Source: Lapillicoccus sp.
Lineage (GTDB): Bacteria > Actinomycetota > Actinomycetes > Actinomycetales > Dermatophilaceae
Reading direction: 5' to 3'
Length of the DNA: 63,169 nt
Assembly (NCBI GenBank): GCA_035762725.1
Contig: DASTNV010000289.1
Location: 1-63,169, forward strand
The notes below the pieces were generated by a model that had not been told where the DNA came from, made no database searches, and was given only the letters and a program-made list of their open reading frames with translations. Shown one piece after another: positions 8,995 to 20,760 of this stretch. Made by a program: the position numbers and the translations under genes. How positions within the stretch are numbered: the first letter of the stretch is position 1; the number at the start of each line of letters is the position of its first letter.

Positions 8995-9798
8995 TCAGCG
9001 GGAGTCGACGGTGATGTCGCCTGACGCCGTCCGCACGTCGATCCGGTTCGTCGCGTCGGTCTGGCGTGGCACGTTGACGTCGACATCGCCTGAGGTGGTG
9101 TTGGCGTCCACCGCGTAGGTGTCGCCCCGCGGTACCCGAAGGTCGATGTCCCCGGAGACCGACTCAGCGGTGAGCTGGGTGGGAGCGGAGCTCAGGTGAA
9201 GGTCCATGTCCCCGCTTCCGGTCTCACTCCTGAAGTTCGCCGTGCTGATGTTGGCATCGACGTCGCCCGACACCGCGTCGAGGGACACATTCCCCAGCCG
9301 ACCGGACAGCTCCACGTCTCCCGAACCGGTCCGCACCGTCACCGCCACCGCCGCGGGCACCCGGATCTCGTAGTCGACATCGCAGACCGTGGTGCAGTCC
9401 GGGGTGATGGTGAGCGTGTCGCCCTGCCAGGTCTCGCCGCCGACCTGGGTGCCCTCGTCACCGCGGAACCGGCGGATCACCTCGACGGTGCCGTCTCGGG
9501 CGCCAGCGCGGACCGTGACGTCGCCGCTCTGCGTCTCCACGTCGAGCGCACTGATCGCACGCGTCAGCACGGAACGCTGTTCGACCCGCGGCGAGCTGTT
9601 GACGGCGATCGCGGTGCCCGCTCCGGCGACCACCAGCGCGCCGGCCGCGAACACCGCGATCCGTCGGGGACGTCGGGACCGGACCGGTGCGGGCGCCGGG
9701 GCGGTTGTTGGCGCGGGGGCGGTTGTGGGCGGCGGGTCGACACGGTCCTGAGGGGGCGGTGGCCAGGTCGGACTGTCCTGAGGTCCTGTCGAGCTCAC
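8995..9798 (-). CDS. DUF4097 family beta-strand repeat protein, membrane anchored
   Basis: Repeated T/S-x-SGD-V/I motifs after a single TM helix. Confidence 0.85.
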   Translation of the reverse strand: MSSTGPQDSPTWPPPPQDRVDPPPTTAPAPTTAPAPAPVRSRRPRRIAVFAAGALVVAGAGTAIAVNSSPRVEQRSVLTRAISALDVETQSGDVTVRAGARDGTVEVIRRFRGDEGTQVGGETWQGDTLTITPDCTTVCDVDYEIRVPAAVAVTVRTGSGDVELSGRLGNVSLDAVSGDVDANISTANFRSETGSGDMDLHLSSAPTQLTAESVSGDIDLRVPRGDTYAVDANTTSGDVDVNVPRQTDATNRIDVRTASGDITVDSR

Positions 9799-9887
9799 GA
9801 TGGTCCCTTCACCCGAGGAGCGGGAAGCGATCTGCTTCGGCTCTCAGCGTCGCACGGTCCAGGCTGGACAGGCATACGACTGTTCGG

Positions 9888-10616
9888 TCATGCCACGAGG
9901 CGGCGGACCTGTCGCGAGCGGGCCTGGTTGGCGAGCGTGTCGTCGAGGTCGCCCGGCTCGAAGGGACGGCCGGTGGCCAGCTGGGCCGCGCGTCCGATGA
10001 GGTGGTCGGCCAGCCGCGGGTTGGCCGGGAGGATCGGCCCGTGCAGGTAGGAGCCGATGACGTGATCCGTGACCGCACCCTCCGTGCCGTCGGATCCGTT
10101 GTTGCCGCGGCCGGCTCGCACCCGCCCGAACGGGGCCTGCCCAGCGCCGAGAACCGTTGCGCCGGAATGGTTCTCGAACCCGACAACCTCGCCGAACTCG
10201 GTGTCGAGGACGATCCCGCCGATCATCCGCGTGGGGTTGCCGCGCGTCGTCACGTCGAGGATGCCGAGCCCGGGCAGCTCTTGCCCGTCGACGGTGATGA
10301 AGGCGTTGCCGAAGAGCTGGTACATCCCGCAGATCATGATCATCGGCGTCCCCTCGGCAGCCAGGCTGCGGAGCCGGTCACCGATGACCGCGAGGTCGTC
10401 CTCGACGCGGCTCTGCCCGGAGTCCTGACCCCCGCCGCCCATGAGGAGGTGGGGCGTGTCCGGCAACGTCGAGCCCGGGTCGTGGTTGTGGACCCGCACC
10501 TCGTACCCGTGCCGACGGATCCGCTGCGCGAGGCACCGGGTGTTGCCGAGATCGCCGTAGATCGACATCTCGCGCGGGTACAGGTGGACGAGGTCGATGG
10601 TGCCCTTGCTGGTCAC
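9888..10616 (-). CDS. gatD: Lipid II isoglutaminyl synthase glutaminase subunit (CobQ-like)
   Basis: HLYPREMSIYGDLGN, ICGMYQLFG, GFENHSG, SYLHGPILPANP; GTGA-coupled to murT. Confidence 0.9.
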   Translation of the reverse strand: MTSKGTIDLVHLYPREMSIYGDLGNTRCLAQRIRRHGYEVRVHNHDPGSTLPDTPHLLMGGGGQDSGQSRVEDDLAVIGDRLRSLAAEGTPMIMICGMYQLFGNAFITVDGQELPGLGILDVTTRGNPTRMIGGIVLDTEFGEVVGFENHSGATVLGAGQAPFGRVRAGRGNNGSDGTEGAVTDHVIGSYLHGPILPANPRLADHLIGRAAQLATGRPFEPGDLDDTLANQARSRQVRRLVA

Positions 10617-11920
10617 GCGCCCTCCTCGCCGAAGCCGGCCAAGCCGTACCGCGCGGCCAGCAACCGCCGCAGCCGCATCATCGCCGTGTAGGTGCAGAAG
10701 ATCCGACGCGGCTCGGCCGGGTGCTCGGCCAGCAGCCGGTCCAGCGCGCGCTCGAGGTCGGGTTCGACCGCGCCGACAGTCACGTCGTCGTAGTCGAGTC
10801 GGAGGGCCATGTCGTAGGCGCGGACGCCGGACGTCAGCGTGACGCCGCTGTCGCGCAGCGACTCGAACGACACGTCGTAGAGCCAGGACACGTCCTGGCC
10901 GTCGGCGTAGTCGTCGTTGATGGCGACCATCGTGGTCACCGGTTCCGCGTGGTAGGTGCCGAGCGCGACGGTGAACCCGGCCGGGTTCTTGACGAGGACG
11001 AGCTCGAGCGGATGGCCGCCGGCGTCGATGACCTCGCCGCGCCCGAACGGCGGAGTCACGGCGCGCAGCGCCTCCTCGGCCGTGATCGCCCGGAAGGCCT
11101 CGCCGAGAACCAGCCGCGCGGTGGTCGTCGCCGCCGTGGCGTTGATCATCGCCGCCAGGCCGCGCTGCTTGAGCGCGAGCGGTCCAACGGTCTCGGAGCC
11201 GAAGTCGATGCGGAAGTCGCTGGCGCCCAACGGATGCAGCAGGCCGTCGTCCGGCGATGGCAGAGGCGGAGCGAACGCGTCGTCGAACCGGGCGTCCGCC
11301 TCGTGCAACGGTGGAAGGTCCGCCGCCACCGCCGGGTCGATGCCGAACCACCGGGTCGTCACGCCGGGCCGGAAGCCGGACTCGTCCAGGCGGGCGACGA
11401 ACGAGTCGTCCCGGTTCCGGACAACGCCGGTGGACGTTCCGGCGGCCAGGGTGCCGAGCAGCTTGGCCGTCGTGTCGATCTCGGCGAACCGGTCCAGCTG
11501 GTCGCGGGCGACGTTGAGCAGCAGCGCATGAGTAGGGGTGACGACCTTGGCGAACTGGAGCGCGTGCCACTCGTCGAGCTCGAGCACGGCCACATCGGCG
11601 TCGAGGCGGCCGGTCAGCGGCAGGTCGCCGAGCATCGCCGAGATGACGCCGCGGGTGAAGTTGCTGCCGGTCGGGTTGCTGAACACCCGCTTGCCGTGGG
11701 CCCGCAGGATGGCGGCGAGCATCTTGGTGGTGGTCGTCTTGCCGTTGGTCCCCGTGACGACGACGATCCCGTCCTCCACCCCGGACAGCGCATGGGCCAG
11801 CAGCTGCGGGTCGATCCGCTCCGCGACGAGGCCCGGCATCGCCGAGCCGCCACCCCCGCGGACCCGGGCGGCCGCGCGCGCGGTCTTCCCGGCCACGATC
11901 GCGGCGGTCGTCCTCAGCAC
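10613..11920 (-). CDS. murT: Lipid II isoglutaminyl synthase MurT (Mur ligase + DUF1727)
   Basis: VTGTNGKTTT, NPTGSNF, RDQLDRF, LVKNPAG, ADGQDVSWLYDV, TYTAM. Start approximate. Confidence 0.9.
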   Translation of the reverse strand: MLRTTAAIVAGKTARAAARVRGGGGSAMPGLVAERIDPQLLAHALSGVEDGIVVVTGTNGKTTTTKMLAAILRAHGKRVFSNPTGSNFTRGVISAMLGDLPLTGRLDADVAVLELDEWHALQFAKVVTPTHALLLNVARDQLDRFAEIDTTAKLLGTLAAGTSTGVVRNRDDSFVARLDESGFRPGVTTRWFGIDPAVAADLPPLHEADARFDDAFAPPLPSPDDGLLHPLGASDFRIDFGSETVGPLALKQRGLAAMINATAATTTARLVLGEAFRAITAEEALRAVTPPFGRGEVIDAGGHPLELVLVKNPAGFTVALGTYHAEPVTTMVAINDDYADGQDVSWLYDVSFESLRDSGVTLTSGVRAYDMALRLDYDDVTVGAVEPDLERALDRLLAEHPAEPRRIFCTYTAMMRLRRLLAARYGLAGFGEEGA

Positions 11921-11970
11921 GACCCAAACCCTACGGTGTCGGACCGGACGGCCCGGGGTACGCATCCGGC

Positions 11971-12417
11971 ATGACAACGACCACCCCTGGCCTCCGCGAC
12001 CTCGGCGACGAGGAGTTCGTGCAGCTGACGACGTTCAAGCGCTCCGGCGCCCCGGTCCGCACGCCGGTCTGGGTCGTCCCCGACGGCGACGCGCTGCTGG
12101 TGACCACGCCGTCGGGGAGCGGCAAGGTCAAGCGGCTGCGTCAGGACTCGCGGGTAGAGCTGCGGCCGTGCAGCCGTCGCGGGCACGTGGAGTCGGGGGC
12201 ACCGAGGTTCACCGCAGTAGCGGCGCTGGACCCGGATCCCGACGCCTACGAGCGGGAAGCGGACCGGTTCGCGACCAAGTACGGCTGGCAGTACCGCATC
12301 GCGATGGTCGTCGAACGGGTCATCGTCGCGGTGCGCCGGACCACCGGTCCGGCCCGGCGGATCGTGCGGATCACCCCCGCCGAGGCAACTCCGGGGTTGC
12401 CAACGCCGGCAAACTAG
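11971..12417 (+). CDS. PPOX-class F420-dependent oxidoreductase
   Basis: LTTFKRSGAPVRTPVW...SGKVKRLR..RVELRPCSRRG. Confidence 0.85.
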   Translation: MTTTTPGLRDLGDEEFVQLTTFKRSGAPVRTPVWVVPDGDALLVTTPSGSGKVKRLRQDSRVELRPCSRRGHVESGAPRFTAVAALDPDPDAYEREADRFATKYGWQYRIAMVVERVIVAVRRTTGPARRIVRITPAEATPGLPTPAN

Positions 12418-12433
12418 GCAACCATCTGGTTGC
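12385..12433. promoter_or_regulatory. Two GCAAC-N6-GTTGC palindromes, putative ArsR operators
   Basis: 12385-12400 and 12418-12433; the second abuts the ATG at 12434. Confidence 0.65.
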
Positions 12434-12871
12434 ATGGAGAACACCAACACTCTGGCCGACCGGATCGAGCGGTCGGTCGCCATCAACGCAAGACCGGAAC
12501 GGGTCTGGGCGATCATCAGCGAACCCGGCTGGTGGATCAACGAAGGCACCATCCGGCCGCACCGGATCGACGACCAGGGCGACGGCGTCGTCGTCGTCCA
12601 CGACGAGACCCACGGGGCCTGGCGCCTCCGCATCGAGCGCCTCGACCCACCTCGGTATGCGGCGTTCCGCTGGCTCGGCCGCGAAGGCGAGGCCGGAGCC
12701 GGGACGCTGACCGAGTTCTGGGTCGAGGACGCCGCCGACGGCGTAACCCTCCGGGTCGTCGAAAGCGGCCTCGACAACGTCCCCGAGGCGGAGCGCGAGA
12801 GCTACCTCCGCGAGAACACCTCCGGGTGGGAGACCGAGCTCGCTGCCGCCCGCACGGCGGCGGAGGCGTGA
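12434..12871 (+). CDS. SRPBCC/AHSA1-like ligand-binding protein
   Basis: IERSVAINARPERVW, PPRYAAFRW, LRVVESG, GWETEL. Confidence 0.85.
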   Translation: MENTNTLADRIERSVAINARPERVWAIISEPGWWINEGTIRPHRIDDQGDGVVVVHDETHGAWRLRIERLDPPRYAAFRWLGREGEAGAGTLTEFWVEDAADGVTLRVVESGLDNVPEAERESYLRENTSGWETELAAARTAAEA

Positions 12872-13200
12872 CGAATCCTCCTGGGCCGGTGGCCGTCTTC
12901 GCGGCCCTCGGCGACCCGACCCGGCAGCGGCTGCTCCAAGCGGTCGCTGCCGGTGAGCCGTCGGCCGCCGACCTCGCCGGGCTGCTCGCCATCACCCGCC
13001 AGGCGGTCGAGAAGCAGCTGCGGGTCCTCGAGCAGGCCGGCCTGGTCCGCCGGGAACAGCTGGGCCGGCGGGTCCGGTTCGCGGTCCGAGCGCAGACCCT
13101 CTCGGATACGGCTCACTGGCTCAGCGCCCTCGCCGACACCTGGGACCACCGCCTCGCGTCGGTCAAGGCGCTCGCCGAGGCCCCCGAACAGCGGAGCTAG
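12868..13200 (+). CDS. ArsR/SmtB family transcriptional regulator
   Basis: FAALGDPTRQRLL, ITRQAVEKQLRVLEQAGLV; GTGA overlap. Confidence 0.88.
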   Translation: MTNPPGPVAVFAALGDPTRQRLLQAVAAGEPSAADLAGLLAITRQAVEKQLRVLEQAGLVRREQLGRRVRFAVRAQTLSDTAHWLSALADTWDHRLASVKALAEAPEQRS

Positions 13201-13206
13201 CCGACC

Positions 13207-13596
13207 TCAGCGGCTCGCCGCGACCGCCTCACGGACCAGCGCCTTCAGGGCGGCCTCGGGTGGTTTAGCGCCCTCGGGAAAGTCGATGGCGCGGACGCTC
13301 TTGCTGTCGAGACGCGTGTTGAACAGCTGCTTCGGGTCCTTCAGCTCGGCACCCTTGGGGAACGTCAGCCGTACCGCGTTCTTAAGCATCTCGCCGATGC
13401 AGAGGTTGCTGCCGTCGAGAGTCCACACCGCCACGCCTTCGGGCCGGGACGGCTTCTTCCACTTGACGTCCTCGTCGATGGCCGGGTCTGCCGCCAGGAC
13501 GATCCCGCGGAGCCGCGAGAGCAGCTCCCCGTGCCAGTCGTCGGCATTGCGGATGATCGCGTCGATCTCCTGCGCAGCGGTTCCCGACATGTCCAT
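13207..13596 (-). CDS. DUF1801 (YdhG-like) domain protein
   Basis: EDVKWKKP, VRLTFPKGAELKDPKQLFN, RAIDF. Confidence 0.85.
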   Translation of the reverse strand: MDMSGTAAQEIDAIIRNADDWHGELLSRLRGIVLAADPAIDEDVKWKKPSRPEGVAVWTLDGSNLCIGEMLKNAVRLTFPKGAELKDPKQLFNTRLDSKSVRAIDFPEGAKPPEAALKALVREAVAASR

Positions 13597-13605
13597 CCCG
13601 CTCCG

Positions 13606-15177
<1,572 letters not shown>

Positions 15178-15186
15178 GCGTTCACC

Positions 15187-15564
15187 CTATCCGGCGGTCT
15201 GCTCGTCCCCCGCGAAGTACGCGCGCGACAGGAGCGCCTCCGTGGACCGCGTGACGCGGGCCTCGGCGACGAACGGCAGGATCGGCACGAACCCGGTCAG
15301 CAGGTTGAGGACGATCCGCTTCAGCCCCCACGCGCACTTGAACCCGAGGTTGGCGATCGACACCGCGTAGGCGAGGTAGATGACCCCGTGGATCGGGCTC
15401 CAGATCGCCGAGAAGCTCGGATTCTGCGGCGGACCGTACTTGACGAACATCGCCGCCAGAAGGACGAACAGCGCGATGCCCGCGATGACCGCCATAACCC
15501 GGTAGAAGCGCAGCGCCGTGCGGATCTGGGCCGGCTTCGCCAGGGTGGTGGGGTACGTGCTCAC
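15187..15564 (-). CDS. DUF3817 family membrane protein
   Basis: ALRFYRVMA, HGVIYLAY, GFVPILPFVAE; usual position next to guaA. Confidence 0.8.
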   Translation of the reverse strand: MSTYPTTLAKPAQIRTALRFYRVMAVIAGIALFVLLAAMFVKYGPPQNPSFSAIWSPIHGVIYLAYAVSIANLGFKCAWGLKRIVLNLLTGFVPILPFVAEARVTRSTEALLSRAYFAGDEQTAG

Positions 15565-16325
15565 GTGGTGGCTCCCGCGGGTTGGTTCGAGGTGGCGGCC
15601 GCCTGCTCGCGGCGGTGGTCGTCGCGCACCATCCTCCACCACATGTAGACGGCGAACAGACCGAAGACCCACCACTGCAGGGCGTATGCCGCATTGCGCC
15701 AGGTCAGGCCGGTGGGGATCGGCGGTGGTGGTACCCGCTGCACTCCGGGGCTGACGTCCGGAGACTCCGCCGTGACGAAGACGAACGCGTTGTAGAGCTC
15801 GCCCGGCCAGAGGTTGACCAGCCGGGCGAGGTCGACCGAGCCGAGCTGCCCCGGCGCCAGAGGGCCGCCCGACGAGGCCGGCGACTCGCCTGGGGCCAGC
15901 GTGCCGCTCACCGTCACCGGCCCGTTCGGCGATGGTGCTGGTCCCGTGCCCGAGCCGTCGGTGACGAACCCCCGCAGGACCGCGATCCGCGCCCCCGACC
16001 CGTCGACGACGAGGGGGGTGACGACCCACCAGCCCGGGACGTCGTCGAGGCGGCGACCGGCTACCAGCACCTGGCCGCTGGGGTCGTAACGTCCGGTCAT
16101 TGTCACCGGCCGACCCGACGCCTCCGCCGGGAAGGGGGTATGTGGTGTGAGCACCTGGTCGAGCGCGACGGGCGTCTGCGACGGCGCCTTGGCGATCGCC
16201 TCACGCGCGGCGTCGTCACGGGCCACGCTGAGCTGCCACAGGCCGAGGAAGGTGAACGCCACGAGCAACACGACGAGCGCCCCGAGAAGCCCCAGCCAGC
16301 GCGGCTTGAGCATCGTCCTCAGCAC
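15561..16325 (-). CDS. SURF1 family protein
   Basis: LGLWQL, GWWVVTPL, RGF, NAAYALQWWVFG. Confidence 0.88.
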   Translation of the reverse strand: MLRTMLKPRWLGLLGALVVLLVAFTFLGLWQLSVARDDAAREAIAKAPSQTPVALDQVLTPHTPFPAEASGRPVTMTGRYDPSGQVLVAGRRLDDVPGWWVVTPLVVDGSGARIAVLRGFVTDGSGTGPAPSPNGPVTVSGTLAPGESPASSGGPLAPGQLGSVDLARLVNLWPGELYNAFVFVTAESPDVSPGVQRVPPPPIPTGLTWRNAAYALQWWVFGLFAVYMWWRMVRDDHRREQAAATSNQPAGATT

Positions 16326-16406
16326 CGTTCAAGGCTAAGCGACCTGCGGGTATGCGTCGCCCGCCGAGGGTTCGACAGGAGCCGCCGGTGTGGCACCCTG
16401 TCCCCC

Positions 16407-17021
16407 GTGAGTGCCCGCCCCAGCACGTCGCGCGCCCTTCTCGGCGCCCTCGCGGTCACAGTCGTCAGCGTCGTCCTCGGCGGGTGTGGGGGCGGCGACC
16501 CGGTGACGCCGCGAACCACGACGATCACCATCACGCCGACCCCGACCGCTGCCGCGACCACGTCGACGACGACCACGACCACGGCTCCGGCGGCGACCCC
16601 GCCGAAGACCTACCAGCAGGCCATGCAGCACTTCGCCGCGGGCAAGGTCGACACGGCGGCGAAGGCGCAGTTCACCAGCCCGACCGGCAACATCTACTGC
16701 TCCATCGCGGCGTCCGGGGACGTCCCGCCGGGCTGCGAGGTGCGCGACGGCCGGATCAACCCGCCGGCCGGCACCTGCGACTCGGGTGGCGGCGGAGCCA
16801 AGGACGTCGGCCGGATCGAGTGGAGCGGCGACACCCCCAAACCGGTCTGCAACAGCGACACGATGATCCAGCCGGGCGCGACGGTGCTCCAGTACGGCTC
16901 GATCGCGCAAGTGCAAGGTTCCCCGTTCCAGTGCGTCAGCGAGACGATCGGGATGACCTGCATCAACACGGCCGGCAAGAAGGGATTCTTCCTGGCGAAG
17001 GGCGCCTACAACCTGTTCTGA
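16407..17021 (+). CDS. Cys-rich secreted lipoprotein, hypothetical
   Basis: Lipobox LGGC, Thr-rich linker, FTSPTGNIYC...LQYG...FQCVSETIGMTC..GF domain. Confidence 0.75.
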   Translation: MSARPSTSRALLGALAVTVVSVVLGGCGGGDPVTPRTTTITITPTPTAAATTSTTTTTTAPAATPPKTYQQAMQHFAAGKVDTAAKAQFTSPTGNIYCSIAASGDVPPGCEVRDGRINPPAGTCDSGGGGAKDVGRIEWSGDTPKPVCNSDTMIQPGATVLQYGSIAQVQGSPFQCVSETIGMTCINTAGKKGFFLAKGAYNLF

Positions 17022-17038
17022 CGCCCTACCGTGCCTTC

Positions 17039-18421
17039 GTGGGAGCCGGACGCGACGCATACGAGGAACCCCTGGAGCGGGCGCACGAGCTCGCCCTCGA
17101 CTGGATCGTGTCGCTCGACACCCGGCGGATCGCGCCCGCGACCAACGCGGATGCGGTACGGACCGCCCTCGACGGGCCGCTGGCCGAGGACGGTGCCGAC
17201 CCGACCGCGGTCGTCGACGAGCTGGCCGCCGCGGCCGAGCCCGGCCTCATGGCCATGCCCTCCGGTCGGTTCTTCGGCTGGGTCATCGGCGGTAGTCTCC
17301 CCGCCGCCCTCGCCGCGGACTGGCTGGTCAGCGCCTGGGACCAGAACGCGGCACTCCGGTATGCCACGCCGGCGGCGGCCGCGATCGAGGAGACCGCGAG
17401 CGCCTGGCTGCTCGACCTGCTGGGGCTGCCGCCCGGGAGTGACGTCGGGTTCGTCACCGGGGCGACGATGGCCAACTTCACCGCGCTCGCGGCGGCGCGA
17501 CACCGGGTACTCGAGGAGGTGGGCTGGGACGTCAACCGGCTCGGCCTGACCGGTTCGCCGCGGATCCACGTCCTCGTCGGCGCCGAGCGCCACGACACGG
17601 TGGACATCGCGCTGCGCTACCTCGGTCTTGGCGAACCGACACCGGTCGCCGCGGACGACGAGGGTCGGCTCCGTGTCGACGCGCTGGCCGAGGCCCTCGA
17701 CGCTTTGCCCGCGGGAGCGCCGGTCATCGTCTGCCTCCAAGCCGGCAACGTCCACTCGGGCGCGTACGACCCGTTCGCCGAGGCGATCCCGCTGGCCCAC
17801 GAACGACGCGCCTGGGTGCACGTCGACGGGGCGTTCGGGCTGTGGGCGGCGGCCAGCCCGCGGTTCGATGGGCTGACCGCCGGCCTGTCGGACGCCGACT
17901 CGTGGGCGACCGACGCACATAAGACGCTCAACGTCCCCTACGACTGCGGGGTGGTCGTGGTCCGCAATCCCGCGGCGGTCCGGAGCACGTTCGGCGTTCA
18001 CGCGAGCTACCTGGTGCACGACGCCGTCGGACCGGGTGACATGGAGGACAAGGTCCCGGAACTGTCCCGCCGGGCGCGGGGCATCCCCGTGTGGGCGGCG
18101 CTGCGCTCGCTCGGGCGCACCGGCGTCCGCGAGCTCGTCGAGCGGTTGGCCGACCGGGCTGCGGCGCTCGCCAACGGCGTACGGGAGCTGGACGGGGTCG
18201 AGGTGCTCAACGACGTCGTCTTCACCCAGGTGTGCTTCGCGTTCCCCGACGACGCCCGGACCCAAGAGGTGGGCGCGCAGCTGATCGAGGACGGCAGCGT
18301 CTGGATCTCCGGCTCGCGGTGGCGCGACCGGGCGGTCCTGCGGATCTCGGTGAGCAACTGGTCGACCGACGAGTCCGACGTGGCGCGGACCCTGGAGACG
18401 GTTCGCCGGGCTGCGGGCTGA
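17039..18421 (+). CDS. PLP-dependent group II (aromatic amino acid-like) decarboxylase
   Basis: RFFGWVIGG, FVTGATMAN, WVHVDGAFG, DSWATDAHKTLNVPYDCG. Confidence 0.88.
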   Translation: MGAGRDAYEEPLERAHELALDWIVSLDTRRIAPATNADAVRTALDGPLAEDGADPTAVVDELAAAAEPGLMAMPSGRFFGWVIGGSLPAALAADWLVSAWDQNAALRYATPAAAAIEETASAWLLDLLGLPPGSDVGFVTGATMANFTALAAARHRVLEEVGWDVNRLGLTGSPRIHVLVGAERHDTVDIALRYLGLGEPTPVAADDEGRLRVDALAEALDALPAGAPVIVCLQAGNVHSGAYDPFAEAIPLAHERRAWVHVDGAFGLWAAASPRFDGLTAGLSDADSWATDAHKTLNVPYDCGVVVVRNPAAVRSTFGVHASYLVHDAVGPGDMEDKVPELSRRARGIPVWAALRSLGRTGVRELVERLADRAAALANGVRELDGVEVLNDVVFTQVCFAFPDDARTQEVGAQLIEDGSVWISGSRWRDRAVLRISVSNWSTDESDVARTLETVRRAAG

Positions 18422-18430
18422 GGCGCCGGC

Positions 18431-19240
18431 TCAGGCGCCGGGGACCAGCTCGACGTGCGGCCGCGCGCCCAAGGCGGCCCAGTCGCCGCTGATCCGGCTG
18501 GCCGTCTCGAGCAGTCGCGGCAGGTGCACGGTCAGGAGGCGCTCGGTCGTGGTCTCGGCGGCGTGCACCGTGACGTTCATGGCGGCGCGCACCCGCCCGG
18601 AACCGTCCCGTACCGGTGCCGCCACGGAACGGACTCCCGGAGCAAGCTCCTCGTCGGCCAGCGCCCAGCCCTGGGCGCGGATCCGAGTCAGCTCCCGCCG
18701 CAGGTCCGCGATCGGGCGCGGCGCCACGGCGGGCAGCCCGGACCGCGACGGCTCCGCCAGCACCGCCCCGACCTCGTCCTCCGGCAGTGCCGCCAGCAGC
18801 ACCTTGCCCTGGGACGTCCGCTCGGCGGGGAACCGCGTCCCGATGTCGACCCGCAGCGCGATGATCTTCGGCACCGCCACCCGGGCGACGTAGACGATGT
18901 CCGACCCGTCGAGCTGGGCCATCGACGAGGACTCACCGGTCTGGTGGACGAGTGCCTCCAGGTGCGGTCGGGCGACCTCCCACAGCCCGAGCGACGAGGT
19001 GTATGCCGTGCCCAGCCCGAGGACCCGCGGCGTCAAGGCATACCCGCCGTCCTCGACGCGCACGTAGCCGAGCTCCACCAGGGTCAGCAGCAGCCGACGG
19101 GCCGTCGGCCTGGCCAGGTCGGCGGCGACCGCGACCTCGCTGAGCGTCATCGTGCGCCGGCGGGCGTCGAAGCAGGCGAGCACGTCGAGGCCGCGGGCGA
19201 GGGCCTCGACGAAGTCCGGTCCGCTGCCCCGTCCAGCCAT
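18431..19240 (-). CDS. IclR family regulator (PcaR/PobR-like)
   Basis: FVEALARGLDVL, LARPTARRLLLTL, QGWALADEELAPGVRSVAAP. Confidence 0.92.
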   Translation of the reverse strand: MAGRGSGPDFVEALARGLDVLACFDARRRTMTLSEVAVAADLARPTARRLLLTLVELGYVRVEDGGYALTPRVLGLGTAYTSSLGLWEVARPHLEALVHQTGESSSMAQLDGSDIVYVARVAVPKIIALRVDIGTRFPAERTSQGKVLLAALPEDEVGAVLAEPSRSGLPAVAPRPIADLRRELTRIRAQGWALADEELAPGVRSVAAPVRDGSGRVRAAMNVTVHAAETTTERLLTVHLPRLLETASRISGDWAALGARPHVELVPGA

Positions 19241-19255
19241 GGCTCGTGAGTACGG

Positions 19256-20722
19256 TCAGCCGGCCGAGTCGCCGAACATCGACTCGCGGGCCTCGCGGGT
19301 CGAGGACGACTTGTACTCGGTGTACGTGTAGGGGTTGTCGAGCACGGCGGAGTCCTCCGGCAGGTCGGGGAACATCCCCTTCTGCCAGGTCTCCTCGCCC
19401 ATCTCCGAGCGCAGGTAGTCGACCGTGGACTCGATCGCTGCCCGGACGGCCGGCAGGTCGGCCCCGACGAGGCGACCGTCCCGTTTCACGACGACGCCGT
19501 CGACGAGCACGGTGTGAACGTCACCGCGCTGGGCCTGGAAGGCGACGTGACCGTAGGGGTTGAGCACGGGGAACGACACCGGCGAGTCGTCGTTCTTGAG
19601 CAGGACGACGTCGGCCTTGGCGCCGGCGGTCAGGCGGCCGAGGTCGTCGCGGCCGAGGTTCCTGGCGCCGCCGCGGGTCGCCCAGTCGACGACGTGCTCG
19701 GCCCGCAGGTGTGAGGCGGTCACCGTCTCGCCGCCGACGTGCGCCTCGAGGTGTTCCCGGGCCCGGTCGGCGCCGAGGGTGGTCCGCATCGCCGAGAAGA
19801 GGTCGCCGCTCCACCAGACGCTGGTGTCCATCGACAAAGAGACGGGGATGTCGAACTGGCGGACCTGCCAGGTGGGCGGGTAGCCCTGACCCGCACTCTG
19901 CTCGGACTCCGTCGCCACCGAGACGGAACCTCCGGTGGCGGCGATCCGCAGGTACGAGTCGGTGTCGAGGGTCGCGGCGTGGACGTACGTCGTCTCAGGC
20001 GTCATGAACCCGTGCTCGTGCATGAGCCGGATGCCGTCGTCGTTCGTCGCACCCCAGACGCCCGCATGCGTCGTCACGCGGAGCCCGAGCTCGCGGGCGA
20101 CCTCGAAGGCCGCCTTCTCGGGGAAGGCGGGGTCTCCCGTGACGTCGAAGGCCATCTGCACGCCGAGGCGGTCGTCCTTGGCATCCCGCAGGCTGGTGAG
20201 GAACCGCTGAACCTCCGGCTGGGCGCTCCACTCCCACGGCCCGGCCTGGATGTTGCCGTAGGCCAGGACGAACCGGCCCGGGGTGCTCCGGAGCCCCTCG
20301 ACCGCGGCCTCCGCGTGCTCCACGGTCTGGAGGCCGTGCGACCAGTCCACGACCGTCGTCACACCGGCGTCCAGGGCCTCCCAGGCCGCGAGGAGGTTGC
20401 CCGCGCGCATGTCCTCGGGGCGGAACCGACGGCCGTGCTCGAGGTAGTACCAGACGAAGTACTGGGTCAGCGTCCAGTCGGCGCCGTACCCACGCATCGC
20501 CGTCTGCCACATGTGCCGGTGCGTGTCGATCATCCCCGGCATGACGATGCCGCCGGTCGCGTCGACCTCTACCGCGCCGTCCGGGGCGGTGAGGCCGGTT
20601 CCCACCTCGGCGACCCGGTCGCCGACGACGAGGACGTCGGCATCGGTGAGGACGCGATGGCTGTCGTCCATGGTCAGGACGGTGCCGTTCCGGAACACGA
20701 CGGCGGTGGGGGCAGGGTTCAC
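19256..20722 (-). CDS. Metal-dependent amidohydrolase (SsnA/deaminase-like)
   Basis: MPGMIDTHRHMWQT, ALDAGVTT, LSMDTS, GAKADVV; GAGGAG RBS before the GTG. Confidence 0.85.
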   Translation of the reverse strand: MNPAPTAVVFRNGTVLTMDDSHRVLTDADVLVVGDRVAEVGTGLTAPDGAVEVDATGGIVMPGMIDTHRHMWQTAMRGYGADWTLTQYFVWYYLEHGRRFRPEDMRAGNLLAAWEALDAGVTTVVDWSHGLQTVEHAEAAVEGLRSTPGRFVLAYGNIQAGPWEWSAQPEVQRFLTSLRDAKDDRLGVQMAFDVTGDPAFPEKAAFEVARELGLRVTTHAGVWGATNDDGIRLMHEHGFMTPETTYVHAATLDTDSYLRIAATGGSVSVATESEQSAGQGYPPTWQVRQFDIPVSLSMDTSVWWSGDLFSAMRTTLGADRAREHLEAHVGGETVTASHLRAEHVVDWATRGGARNLGRDDLGRLTAGAKADVVLLKNDDSPVSFPVLNPYGHVAFQAQRGDVHTVLVDGVVVKRDGRLVGADLPAVRAAIESTVDYLRSEMGEETWQKGMFPDLPEDSAVLDNPYTYTEYKSSSTREARESMFGDSAG

Positions 20723-20760
20723 GGCTCCTCCTCGAGTCGGCGACGCCGGGGCAGGACGTC